Shown one piece after another: positions 12,866-26,860 of a stretch of DNA of 64,000 nt. Source of the stretch: Glycera tridactyla (lineage: Eukaryota). The stretch spans positions 18,476,001 to 18,540,000 of the forward strand of contig OZ286464.1 of NCBI GenBank assembly GCA_965644265.1, read 5' to 3'. The notes beneath the pieces are model-generated. The model ran no database searches. It had not been told where the DNA came from and worked only from the letters and a program-made list of their open reading frames with translations. Within the stretch, counting starts at the first letter, position 1, and each line of letters opens with the position of its first letter. A program made the position numbers and the translations under genes.

Positions 12866-15800
12866 ATGTCATTATGATCGTAGCAACAACTTGCAGGCTG
12901 TGCTGACAAAATTGGGGACTTCTGAAGTGCATATGGCCCGTACATTCCATACTATGTGTAAGATTCAGGATTCTGGTTTCTTTGGATGCTTCCCGTCACT
13001 ATTTCGCCTACCTGATTCTTCATCAAAGTTGTCAGCTGAGGATGAAGAGTTCATTACAAGGACAACTCAATCAATGACTGATAACACTTTTATAGTCCAG
13101 TGGGCAAGGTGAATTGGTTAAGTGTCAGGGATGTCAGCACCAATAAATTGTTGGCTTCGGGGACCGCCATGTTCAGTAAGCATTAGAGAAAATAGTTTCA
13201 CAAAACCGTAGTGAAATAGAGTTACTGCCAGCATTCGTATCACGCACCAACGACCGAGGCGCTCATAAAAAGTGTCGATAATTTTTGTGACTATATACGT
13301 GACTTTAGAAGTGACATCATTATCAATGCATGAGTTATCATTGAGGTGAAGCGCAGCAAAATGATCAATCAAATACGTCTCTGCCTCACATAGAATGGCG
13401 TCATGATCTATATTCCAGACCAGAACTCTTGCTGTATGATTATGATATATTGTATGCAGAACGTTCATTAAATATTTGTGTGTGGCTGTCTGCGTGCGTG
13501 TACTCTTATGGTTCTGTTTGTGTGTGTACTCATCGAAAAAAGATACTAATAATGTTATATTTGTGTGTGTGTCCATTCCTTTGTGTGTGCATTTATCAAA
13601 AATAAGAATTATTTCCGTATATGTACTGACGTAATTGAGCGAATCGATGAAAACAAAGCCATTCATTTCAGTGAAATTATCTAAAATTGTCTTCACACAG
13701 GCAATCACATTTGTCAAGGAGATGTTTCATCCCCAGAACTGGTGCCAAATGAACCATGATCCCTTTTGGTTTACACTGTGTGGGATAAGGGTTTTCAATG
13801 ATCTTTGGAGCCAAGTATTGAAAGAAAATATCGGTTCACTGCAGAAGTCATACCTAATTTGCGAGATGACCCAGAGGCATCAACATGGGACACGAAATAC
13901 TCCCATTGTATCTAAAGATCGAGTTCGTTGGGCTATGGTTATGCATTAACGAGCGATGAACGTCAATTTAGTTTAGATGATCATTAACTCAGCTCATGTC
14001 TCCTTTGTGAGCGACATGTGCACCCATAACCCTCCGGCATTCTCTTCTCAAGCTGATCATCTGATAGACAGACGGAAACTTATCATTGGATTCCATTCTG
14101 GTCAGTTGCCATTGAGCCAGACCTGAATTTGCCCGATCCCAAATTCATGGAGGGAGTGGCATGCATGCATTCCTCGACACGCGTACCGAGCGAGATATAC
14201 ACGCATATACACTGATGATCGCTTTGTCCATACTCAGAGAACATCATTTCTATCAGATCAGAAGGGTTCACGATGAGACCTGTCACCAGAGATCATGATG
14301 ATCTTTCTCAGCTGGCGTTGACCAGAAGGAGGTGGGATCTTTCTCTAATTGTACAATTATTTTTTTTCTCAAACGCATGATGGTCTTGGAAATGACACCT
14401 ATAGCATCAATCTGTTCAATATGGAGTATGCTGGCTTCTTGAAGAAGGTGATCAAGCCAGTTGGTTCGACCAGAGTGAAATGGCCAAAAATACACCGTAT
14501 TTGACTAGCTGTTTAGAAGTGGGTAACCATCTTCAGAATTGATTCGCAGCGAGCTGGTGATGCTGTTGTTCTATCCATTAGCGCTCCATGGTAAAGAAGA
14601 TGGCAGTCATTGAAACAGTCAACGGGGTGACTATATGTCATTACTAATTACAATAACAAATAGGGTGCTGAAATACTCAGGATGGGATTCACTAGCATAT
14701 AGGTACTGGGTTCAGAATCCATCACTTGATGATACTGTTATGTTTATTGACACATGTGCGTGCTCCAGAGTAGTTGAAGTGACCGGGCTTCTTGAGTGGG
14801 CGTCTCGGGTGGACGTCTTTAGTGGACGTCCTGCCTCAAACATGTTCTGCTGGCCTGTCAGATGGTAGAGACCCAGTTAAGATTTGCCAAGGTCGTGACT
14901 TACAAATTCTCATTCTGATGGGGGGATTCTGTCTGAAACATTCATATTGTGTGTTGGTATAGAAGTTTTGCCTGGTTTCAGAATGGAAACAGTGGTCGGA
15001 CAAGGACTCAGATATGCATTGGTTGAGAAGGATGGCCTCTATCAGCTGGATAGAATCAGGTTGCTGCGGTAATTTATCCCCAAGATTGCGAGAAATGCTG
15101 CCGAATCAGTCCTTTAATCCCCCGGCTCTACTCTTCACACTTTCACCATTGATGATTGATCGACTCAGTGCAAGTGTTTGGCCAAGAGACTCCAACATCG
15201 TCTATGGAGTGCTGGAATCCTCTCTGTATCGATGGAGTCATTCTTCAACGTGTCACGCTTCTGGCTTATTCCTTGAGTTGACACTTTCTCCCACTATTTT
15301 TTTTTCTTTTCGAGGGATCCGCCGGATATATTTTTCATGGACGGTTGGGCAAGTATAAACGGAAGGCCAATGATAGTTCTGCCTCGGATTTTTTTCGATA
15401 GCAACTGCTTAAAACTGAGGTTGCATTTTTGAATTTTCAAGTCCGAATTTTGATAATAGATGATTTGTGTCCAGAATGTCAATGATCATACTATCTGAAT
15501 GTGAGGCAGTGAGCATTTTACCTGGCTCAAGTGGACTCGTGTATGTACAAAACGTACATACACCTACATATACACTAACATACACATATATATACAAGCG
15601 CATGTGTATCAGCTATATCGTTTAGGGGGCGTAACATCTGAGAGATCGGGGCCATGTTTTGAATACGACCATATGATATGGCATCCTATGAGACTGACAG
15701 ATTGAACACTCCAAGATATGAAGGTGACGATCGGGAAACGTGAAGATTGGGCGCCTGGTGGTATCGAGACGAGCTCGTGTCCGCACGAGTCATTTCATCA

Positions 15801-17439
15801 TTGATTATCTATCGTCACTTCCGGTCCTGCGCACATCCAGCATATCCCGGCATCCTCCGGCCGGGCGTTTTATTAGCACAACTCTCGTTACAGACCTCGG
15901 TTTAATCACTCATCACTCGCCCGTCGATATATCCTATTAGTTCTGCCCAGATCTGCACCAGCCATAAAAAGAACATGCTCTGCCGAAGAGGGCCGCACTG
16001 TGTCACATTGAGTGTTTATGAGATGCCGATTTCAGAATCCCTTTTCCTCGTGGAGAAGTGCCTGACTGGGTATCAGTGTTCCAAAATCAACAGAATAGCG
16101 TGGTATCTGTTGTATGAATCATCACTGCCGTGCAGTTTCCTCAAAATAAAATGTTGATAATAGAATTATTTGGGACCTTAGAAATCATGATTATATGTAC
16201 AGTTGCGGGACTGATGGAAATCATCAGGGCTGACATGAAAAATGAGAAGAAAAAAACACATCCTGCACTGAATCGTGTTGAGTCTCCAAACTGCACGAGT
16301 ATAGCTCTGTTGCCAGCCTCAAATGAAAGTCTCTACCCTCTAGCCATTGAATGAGCATTTCAATTTTTTCAGCCATTCACAATTCTGAACAAAAATATCT
16401 GTAGATTTACAGTCACTCTCAAGCATTCTGCAGAGACGATTATATGCAATGAATATCACACTAGGTCATCCCCGAAGTGATTCGGATGAAGGACCACAAT
16501 AGAGGTGACTTTGACTGGAAAGGTGACAATTCATTGAAAGTCTCGATTATGTCTCCATGATCCCGATGCTTTCTTCTATTGTCGCTGCATAATACGCCAC
16601 CCTGAATAGGACTCATATATAGAGGACTTAACTTGACATGTGGAAAATATTTGCTCGGGTATTGGGGTTACAATGACAAGGAAAGCTGAGCGTTGTTTAT
16701 ATCTTCAATTTACGATCAGAGCCACATCATTCGAGTTGTTACTTGATGATTCTTCATGAATGAGTAGTTGAGATATGGGGTTTCTGCACTCAGCGCGAGT
16801 ATCGTATTGGTGAATAGTGATAGTAGTTAATGTCGCTCACAATATTCTCCCAAGTCAAATTCCATTCATGATTATCAGCACGAAAAGGTAACATTGTATC
16901 GAATTCAATTCTGAGCGAAGTTGTTCTACTTTTGTATAATCCCTTTATTCACTCGTATCTGGATTTATTTAGGATGATATCCTCAATGTGATACTTACTT
17001 TGAGAAAAGCAATCAAGCAATCGTCACAGAGTGCCATGAGTCAGATAGACGCCAGGTCAGATCAGTAAGGCATCAAGAGGGCTTCTGGCGGCCGTTCTAT
17101 TCAGCCGTATCACGACTCATCACTCCTAGTGAAGGCAACAAAAATGGTAAGCACTTAGGTCTAGTGGATGGCATGGGCGCGAGGCGGGATTGATTCCAGC
17201 CACGACTCTGTTTGTTTGCTCGCTATCCAGCTATCTACCTCGGACAGAATGGGGCAGGTGCGATCCTTGATTTCGTTATGTAAGCTGTTTCCACGACACA
17301 GTAACACCGAGTGACATTGACAGATGAATATATTGTTGTTTGTTTCTTTGGGGACGTTCATTGTGTGGTCTGTTTGTGATATCTCTAGCTACTCACTCAG
17401 CTATGCAATCACCGATCAACCCGTTCATTTGCATAATCA

Positions 17440-17570
17440 TATATCTGTATCCATCTTTCGTTCTATACACACATTTATCCATTCATTCATTCGTCGACCC
17501 ATCCATCCATCTTTTTGACCATCCATCTAGGTCCATCCATCTATCTATCCACCTATCCACCTTCATTTAA
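17440..17570. repeat. (CATC/CATT)n low-complexity tract
   Basis: Direct reading. Confidence 0.85.
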
Positions 17571-18279
17571 CCCCATCAAAATGCCTGTTTTTGAGATCTA
17601 TATGCCACCACCTCTCTGCTCGAACTACTTACTAACTTCACCAATCCTGAACCTCAAGACTGATATCATTGAATGAATCATGAGCTGTGTGAAAAAACAA
17701 ATGATGTCATCTAACATAAGTTCATTGATCATATGAATGACAATGTAGCCTTCAGATAAATTCCAATTCTCCCTACACTCGTTTTTGTGGTGCTGATCAC
17801 CGCATTACACAGATTTTGGTGGCTTGGATATGTATAGCTAAGCGCAAATAGTATGAGCATGCGAGGCAGCATATTGATATGTGCTAAATAGGTCATGGTG
17901 GGAGAGTGACAGCGGGCAGGGCAGACGCTCAATCACGTTTGTTTATGTTTTCATACCTCATCGGAGATCTCTCGGCGCACCTGTGCTCTCTTGTTTATAC
18001 ATGAAGTTGCACATGATTACAATAGTTCAGGCACGTGTGTCTGGACCATAGACGTCCTCCTCGAGAAACATTATTAACTTATGAGTTCTGAAAAACAAAT
18101 ATTTCATCCGGGATTACCGGAAGTATGCCAAAATGGATAGAAAAATGTATTCATAATCAGACTTTCATAATCAATATTACTGGATATGTACATTACTCAT
18201 TTTGTCATATATGTTCCATTTCGGTCCGGTAGCACTGGCATAGCCTGAGAGGCTAACCTCCTCAATGATGCCTGATACA

Positions 18280-19250
18280 GCCATCCTCGATGGTGACTGA
18301 TACAGCCATCCTTGAGGGTGAATGATACAGCCATCCGAAATGGTGACTGAATCAGCCATCCTCAATGATGACTGATGAAACCATCCTGGATGGTGACTGA
18401 TACAGCCATCCTTGAGGGTGAATGATACAGCCATCTGGAATGGTGACTGATACAGCCATCCTCAATGGTGACTGATAAAGCCATTGTGACTGATGGAGCC
18501 ATCCTCAATGCATACTGATACAGCCATCCTCATTGGTGATTAATACAGCCATCCTCAATGGTGACGGATACAGCGATCCTCAATGGTGAAGGATATGATT
18601 CAATGCTGATGGATACACCCATCCTCAATTGTGACGGATACAGACATCCTCAATGGTGACAGATTCAGCCATGCTCAAAAATGATCAATACAGCCATCCT
18701 TAATGGTGACGGATACAGCCACCCTCAGTGGTGATTGATGCAGGATACAGTCATTCTCATTGGTGACTGATACAGCCATTATCAATGATGACGGATACTG
18801 CCATCCTCAATGGTGACTGATACAGCCATCCTCAATAATGATTGATACAGCCATTCCCAATGGTGAAGGATACAGTTCAATGGTGACTGATACAGCCATC
18901 CTCAATGGTGACGGATAAAGCCATCCTCAATGGCGTCTGATACAGACATCCTGAGTGAATTGAATTGAAAAAAACTTTATCTATACTCGTATATACAAAA
19001 TTACCCCATGGAGAGGCTTTTCCACAGAACACGAGTGACGGATACAGCCATCCTCAATGATGATTGATACAGCCATCTTCAATGGTGACGGATACAGCCA
19101 TTCTCAATGGTGACGGATACAGTTCAATAGTGACGGATACAGTCATCCTCAATGGTGACAGATATAGCCATCCTCAATGGAGATTGATACAGGATACAGG
19201 CATCCCCAATGGTGACTGATACAGCCATCCTTGATAGTGACTGATACGAA
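18280..19250. repeat. Degenerate 25-bp minisatellite (GATACAGCCATCCTCAATGGTGACT)
   Basis: ATACAGC recurs at 18543, 18568 etc.; many imperfect copies, interrupted at 18959-19032. Confidence 0.93.
18953..19038 (-). mobile_element. 74-bp retroposon 3'-end insertion with 6-bp TSD
   Basis: Unique 18959-19032 is flanked by GAGTGA at 18953-18958 and 19033-19038; the minus strand ends GATAAAGTTTTTTTCAATTCAATTCA, a short-repeat tail. Confidence 0.65.
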
Positions 19251-19363
19251 GTCTTCTTTCTTGTACTCACATGTGTATATGTGTCTCCCAAGGTGGCCTG
19301 ATTGTAATATACCACCAGCCATATTCATGTCAACTCAAGTCATCTGTGATATTGATGTTCCAG

Positions 19364-19388
19364 TGTGTGTGTGTGTGTGTGTGTGTGC

Positions 19389-19437
<49 letters not shown>
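19364..19437. repeat. (TG)n microsatellite
   Basis: Direct reading. Confidence 0.98.
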
Positions 19438-19440
<3 letters not shown>

Positions 19441-19849
19441 GCCCGCAAGATAGGGAGATGTATTTGTAAAAGGATTTTGCTAATGCAGTTTTGAAGCCTC
19501 ATGGCTGATTCGTGGTGACTTGTTCTGACAGGTGTTCCTATTTGAACGCTTAATGGCAATGTCGTTCAATTATTATTTCGTCTTCTGACGGCGTAATAAG
19601 AGTGATATTTCTCCTATATCTGCAACTATACACCGCAACAATCAATCCCTGACAGTTTGCTTGAGCGTTGTCAAACTATTGCTTGTGATTATACCGTTTG
19701 TCTGTGGTAATGGTCCGTTCTATGATTCGCTCTAGATCAGTCATGGTTCATTCAGTAGGACAGACATTCAACCTACTTGACCACTATTTGTTATTTGAAA
19801 CCTGAGAGAGGAAGTACATAGTGCATATTTCTTGAAAGGGAGCAGCAAG

Positions 19850-20300
19850 CTGCGAGGAATTGCGTTTATTCACATGCTGGAGGAGTTGATATGGAAACTA
19901 AGCTGGCAGTGCTGAGCCTAAAACATTTCCGCTATGTGTAAAACCTTTGAAGGAAATACATCGATCCCTCCTCATCTTGAAATGACCTGTTTGTGAGGAG
20001 TTGGAATATTTGACAGCGTCATTCCCCTTACTTCGAGAATGACGGAAACCTCGTCGGTTCTCTTGCCTCTCACTTTATGTGGCTTTCTGCATTGACATTG
20101 ACTCAAACCCCGATTCCCTCAGCTGCCACCTCGGGATTAATCTCATTCCATTCCCGCCTTTATATTGGAGGTGTCCCCTGCTCTGACAATGACACAAACC
20201 TCGTCAATTTCATCACTCCGACTTGAGCTGCCCAACCAGAACTTATACAGTTTCTTCTCCTGTATATTTCATAGAGTTCAATCACTGATATCCTTGTTTG
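19850..20300 (-). mobile_element. Possible highly decayed RTE-like LINE reverse-transcriptase relic
   Basis: Pieces in different frames (VIELYE, IVRAGDTS resembling GVRQGD.LS, LQRFY...FRLS) appear in the expected order; many stops and frameshifts. Confidence 0.25.
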
Positions 20301-23300
20301 CCTCCAATCATCTGCCAACTCTGATTCAACTATAATAATCGCATGATGAATATATTTCGTAACAATAACTGTCAATTTACAGAAGGCCGAAAAAAACTGT
20401 CAGTGAATTTTTGGTGATGAGAGGTGCGTCGGTAAATCGATGGGGTGGGGGGAGGGGGGGGTATTCGGTTCCGCGAGTACAATAAGCACTTTTTTTCGAT
20501 TTAATGAAGCCCTTAACGTAATTCTTTGGATCACGATCAATATCGTTATGTAAAGTCTAGTGATAAACGAAGGCAATGCATTAGTTCAATTGATACCTGC
20601 ACTTATCATCGTTTTCAGTGGTGTAGGGCGTGAGGTCGCTAATGGAATTGGGATCAATTCTCCCGTCTGTCAACCACGCAAAACGGTGACGTAGTTGGAA
20701 AAGAGAAACAATGTAGATGACGTCGATACCGTGACCGCCGACGTCCGTCTTGACGTCATTGATCAGTTAAAACATCATCCTCTCTCTCTCTCTCGGGGTT
20801 AGCACGGACGTGAATCATCATCCTGCTTATTCCATCAGCGGACCCAGACATCCAGAAGATGCAGTGACCAGGATCAGTCACGTATGGCCATACAAGCCCG
20901 AGTAGATGCAGCCAGCAAGTTCGACATCTAAAGTTGTGAAGTAGATTCAGCAGACACCACTCAGGTGACTCATATGAAGCAGGTTAAGTGCACATGATTC
21001 GAATTCATACTGGTTGCCCCTCAGGAATTGAATCATGACATCGTTTCCGTCGTGAAGTTTCTTTTCAATGTATGTTTGTGCAGTAGGGTTATTTTTAGTT
21101 GATGGTGAGGAATCACTGATAAGTACATGACAGACCGGCTGTACAGATCTCTCCGCCATTCTACCATCTGACAGGTGACGCCTTAATTCCAACCAGTGAC
21201 AACCCCTTGATGTCTGTGAGTATGATGTTTTGTTCCTGATTCACCATCGCGTCACCTTCATTTATGCTATATTGTGACGCCCATGCAATGGGCATGGATG
21301 GGATTATTCAAGACTCCTCCTTCTGGGTCCTCAACAGCAGGTGAAACTTAGAAATTCAGACTTGTGCGTATGGGAGGATAGCTGGGGTGATTTTCGGTCT
21401 TTCACACACTACTCTCAATGACGAATTATGAGACAGACAATCGCCGGGCTCCATTAGTTGGCTGGTTCTTGGACGTTAGGTCATACGATCGCTGCAATGT
21501 TCCATGATGAATGCTGCCTGCAGCATCATCTACCTACAGAAAATGCTGTCCCCGAACGTCTCCTGTGTCTTGCGAGATCTGACAGTTGCTGGGAGGCACG
21601 CCATTCATGGACACTTGAGGTGTGCATTCATCTCTGAATGACATGTCAAGGTGCCTTGGTATAGAGATCGGAGGCCTACGCATGAAAGAGGCTCCACGAA
21701 TGTGAGATCACTCAAATCTGCATGGTTTTGTACTGATTTCTTGGAGAGTTTGCTTGCAAATTCTCGTATGCCATCATCGACAAATCTGTTTCTTGCAATA
21801 TTGCTACAATCTGAGTACGTTCGGGAATATTCAACAATGTAAGATGATCTTCGTGGTACCTGTATCTAGTGTGATACGCCAGAATAAGTCCATGCATCAT
21901 ACACTTTGAACAAATTGGTAATCAAAGCAATGTAATTTACTGATCGCATGATTAGGGCCATGTAAGCTCACATGCTGAAATCAACAAGTGGAAAGTGAAA
22001 TATGATCGACTGTACTCAATCTTGATGCATTCCCATTGTCTCAGCATGGATGAATCATGGGGCAATATTTCTACACATGCATTGAATGAAAGAAAACATG
22101 TGCTCACGAAGGTGTATGGATACAAATACTACGTTGTATGCCCCACGTTTGGGTGGACTGGCATTGTCCACATGTCAGGAGGTGGGGCTATACGGATGAT
22201 TGAGTGTTCAAGGAGGAAGCCTGCCAGTTTTGAAGCAGAGTACAGCCTCACTGTACACTGAATATATTATCAAGTGTGGGAATGCGCGTGTCCGAGAGAG
22301 AGCTGATAGAGCAAATTCTTGGCGCTCTTGTTCTTGGAAGAGATTATGTAATCATCGGAGATAGCATGTCCAGTATAGTGTGAGTATATTGATATCTGCA
22401 GAGCGTGTCATTCTGACCAGCGACTGGATGGAAATCCATAGCACGAGCTCAGACATCACCAGTGTTCTAGCCAGAGGGTGGCAATATTGACTCATTCCGA
22501 GACGAGTGATGACCTGCAGAATGGGCTATATAGCAGATACAATAGACACAGCAGCCAACACCCGATATTTCATCCCTTTTCACAAAGTCAACTGCGCTGC
22601 TCAGTACGTTCTATAATGGAACTTCAAACACACCATCTCAGCGCGCATGACAATCAAACAAGCCCTAAGCTGCGACGGCCACAACTAGCAACATTACAGA
22701 TGCCCATCGTCCAGACGCATGCCCTTAAACCCCAAAGAACTCTTACCATACCTGGTGCTTTTTTCATCGGCTGCTCTGGTCAAAAAACCGTTTTGAAATA
22801 TAGCTGCACGTTACTGATATACCAGTATTTAGTAATTCTAGAACATGAGATATATCTCAGCAATTATATTCGTATTCTGATCATTGCTAGTATTATGCTG
22901 AATCACGATTAGTATTTGTTGTGACTGAATAACTTGGGTCTGGTAAAACATGAAAGAGATAACGGGGGAATCCAAGGGTTGTTGTTGTGCACACTAATGC
23001 ACGTTAATGAGAAGTTAACGACTTTAACATAAACAAAATACCACTTGAGGGTACCGTGGTCAGCGTGTAGTATAAACAAACAGACATGAGAAAGGGGCCA
23101 GGTGGACCATCTCACACCTCATATAAATGACAAGCTGTCTACTTGAGATCCACTTGAGATCCACTCAACATCGAAGAGATTAGGTGTGGGTCATGAGGTT
23201 ATAAGTGGGTGACAAGTGGTCAAGTACTTGAAACACCTGGTTTATGTAACTGATTACAGAATAGTATATATACTGCTGCGGGAGAGCAGGGCAGACGGAT

Positions 23301-26292
23301 CTTACTTGGACGTGCCTGTGAACGGTCGCAAATGGACACCTCTGTCTGCCACGCTTCTTCCCATCAGCCTTGTCAGTGCCATGTCAGTGCCTTGCATTGT
23401 ACCTTGCATTGTATCCTGCTGTTGTGGGAATAAAGAAGACTACATGGAATCACTTTCGTTGCTTATCTGTAGCATGCATCACCTCTCATCTACCAGTATG
23501 CTATATTAATACTTCCACACACCAAAGGAGCCGATCTCGAAGGAATCCCTCGTATCACAGTTACTTCACGGAGGGGGCTACGAGGTAGGGTGTCTATGAA
23601 TGATCACAAACATCATAGTAAGGACACACATGTTTATCTATATCACCTAGTTAGCACCACTGGATGCTAGCAGAAGGAGCATCCGATGCCATCATGCCAA
23701 GCGGAAGGAAGACCTTAGTGAGTTCATAGATGTATCTGATCAGATATCTCATCGCCGACTGATATCTCGGATACCTGCAACGTATGGTCTCTGTAGCCTG
23801 GTAGAAACGACGTGCGAGAACCAGGAGTCAAAAGACCTTGTGACAAACTGATAAAGAAAACGTTATGTGATATAAACAATAGAAGTAATTTATATCAAGG
23901 AAGTTACACAAAAAATGATAGATGTAGGTGTCATGAATTTGACGCTTCTCGGAGACCTGTGTCCTTACCAATTCAGCAAAATACACAGAAATAGGACTGT
24001 GATAGAGCGACCTCTTGTGTGAGTGGCAGTAATCTCCACCCGGTGGATAGGGGCGGAGGTGTCCACGGATGCGACTACCATAGCATCATTAGTTCTTGAA
24101 ATCGTTGATTTCTCGGAATGTGAGTGGTCCACCCCCATTCGATTCTAAATTCGGGTACCTTAGAGATGAAGGAAATGCAATAAAATAGTTTCTCCTGGAT
24201 TTTTTTAGGGGTACAGCCCAGAAATGTCATTTGGCTGCCGGACTACAAGCACAGGTTTGAAACATCAGATGTATACGGATTTGAGGCAACTACATGAAAA
24301 TAGAGCTGGAGACTTCACACACCGACCAACAATAAAGCCACTTTTTTCCTAACCTGATAAGCGATATTTGCCCCTGGCACCGGAGCCTTACATTGCTTGA
24401 CACAGAGACAGAGGCTCATGTAACCGCATTAGGTTGACATGAACTCGCCTGGCCACTGAGCATAATGTCACAGGCCGAGTGGTTTTTGCCAACGTTGTAA
24501 ATTAGGTTAGCATGAGAGGCTATTCCCAGAACATCGTTTTTACCTATATGATCAACGGGTTCATTGTATGATAATGCAATAGTTTTTTTGTAACTGTCTT
24601 ACCTTCAAAGTTTTTGATGATGTTTATATGTCGTGAATCACATCATCCCTCCTAAACCGCGCCTGAATGTGCTGATTTGCCTGACAATTGCAAACCAGAA
24701 TCATGCCATTTCTTTTTCATTTATCTGCTTTTTATCACAAAAGAGAGCCATTCCGCACTAGACAATACTACGACGGAAGCTCACCATGGTATTCACACGT
24801 ATCGTGACCCACACACAAAGACACACACGCACACACTCACGCACCTACACACTAAATCTTGAAGTCATTGAATCGAATCGATTTCATAGAATTGGTGTCA
24901 AAACTGGAATCAATTTCTAGATGACTGGTAGTAATGATCTGGGCAACCATGGCCAATCACCCAGAAATGAATGTGTTCGGTCACACACAGAACTGCTATA
25001 TGTGGACGCACACAACGGACTGCCATGTTTGACGCATACAGAGGACAGCCAAATTCGAGTAAACACAGACTTGCCATGTTCGGGTAAACACAGCACTGGA
25101 AGAGACTATCGGGATATATCGAAATATCGGTTAGGAAATATACAAGCAGAAAGCAAGAATGATCAGAACATTCTGCGGGAATTCACTGCGAGAAATTGAA
25201 ACACCACAGCATTGGTATGAAGGCCATCGAGAGACTGGCGATTAGGCAGAATAGGGTCAGATAGTATTCTCTGTGAAAGCAAATCATTTTGGGATATCAG
25301 ACCGGTAATCTATATCTCAATTATCTTGAAAGGCTTTCAAACACTCTCATCATTCAGACCCATTTGCGTTGAAGGCCATGCCGCGTTAACCATATTAATC
25401 CTCAGTAAAGTCATGAAGGCATTCAAAGATCTTCATATAATTACATTTGTTTGATCGTCAACTCGTTAATAATGTTGATGGCGATCGTACACCCGCCCTT
25501 GCATCACATATGGATAACGTCGACCAAGGACTTGGAGAGCGATATCAATTTCGGTATGTATGAAAAAGACCGGCGAATCCGGCATTCATATCACACCAAA
25601 GTGGATCCGACCCTGATAATGTTGCTATGGCTACGGTACATATGAGCAGTCAGATCTGCTACATGCCATCAATACCCCGGCTCCATGTGTGGTACACGCA
25701 GTATGTCGCTTCCATATGAAGGAATTTTTCGACTGGTATCAACCGTTACTTCTCATCTCATTGGCTGGAGAATCCAAAATCCTAGTTTCAGAGGTCGCTG
25801 CGAATGCCCGCCATCATTTCCCGCATCTTGCTCTGTTTGAAGATATGTATCCCGTGGGTGCTGAATTCTAAGTTCATACAACTATCCAACTGATCCCAAA
25901 CGGACACCTCATTAGCGCACCATCGGTTTGATTCCCGTAATAGTCATGAGCTTCTCGTTGATTGCGGACGGAGTCTATGTGAGAAGCCATGAGTATGAAT
26001 CCATTTGTTCGACCTTGTGAAGAGAGAAAGGCAAGAATAGCTGCCATCAATGAGTGGAGAATGTGGCCATTGTGGGCTAATCCATGTGTATATTGCCAGT
26101 TGGTGAAGAAGGACACAGCCGTATATATCCTTCCGGAGGATTATTGTTGCACACATTCATCAAATGACTGTCATAATATGGTGATCGCTCACGTCTGAAT
26201 CATGATGTATGATCTTACTGATTGACTTCGTTATTGTGCTAGGGATGAGTATCATCATCCCCCATATCACTATGAGGGGTAACATGGTTGTA

Positions 26293-26758
26293 NNNNNNNN
26301 NNNNNNNNNNNNNNNNNNNNNNNNNNNNNNNNNNNNNNNNNNNNNNNNNNNNNNNNNNNNNNNNNNNNNNNNNNNNNNNNNNNNNNNNNNNNNNNNNNNN
26401 NNNNNNNNNNNNNNNNNNNNNNNNNNNNNNNNNNNNNNNNNNNNNNNNNNNNNNNNNNNNNNNNNNNNNNNNNNNNNNNNNNNNNNNNNNNNNNNNNNNN
26501 NNNNNNNNNNNNNNNNNNNNNNNNNNNNNNNNNNNNNNNNNNNNNNNNNNNNNNNNNNNNNNNNNNNNNNNNNNNNNNNNNNNNNNNNNNNNNNNNNNNN
26601 NNNNNNNNNNNNNNNNNNNNNNNNNNNNNNNNNNNNNNNNNNNNNNNNNNNNNNNNNNNNNNNNNNNNNNNNNNNNNNNNNNNNNNNNNNNNNNNNNNNN
26701 NNNNNNNNNNNNNNNNNNNNNNNNNNNNNNNNNNNNNNNNNNNNNNNNNNNNNNNNNN
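26293..26758. other. Assembly gap
   Basis: N run. Confidence 1.
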
Positions 26759-26764
26759 GTTCAT

Positions 26765-26860
26765 GATTTGACTGATAGGTAGGTAAATAGATAGATAGCT
26801 TGGTTGATGGATGGATGGATAGATCGATGGATGGACGGTTGGATGAATAGATGGATGGAT
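26765..26860. repeat. (GATA/GGAT)n simple repeat
   Basis: Direct reading, next to the gap. Confidence 0.85.

Noticed and set aside
23810-23960. Penelope GIY-YIG-like RPCDKLIKKTLCDI
   Set aside because: The diagnostic YIG motif and the downstream conserved residues are absent.
26209-26782. Long ORFs full of X here and at 7176-7596, 32909-33508, 36069-36509, 43798-44034 and 44382-44987
   Set aside because: They span N gaps, so their length is meaningless.
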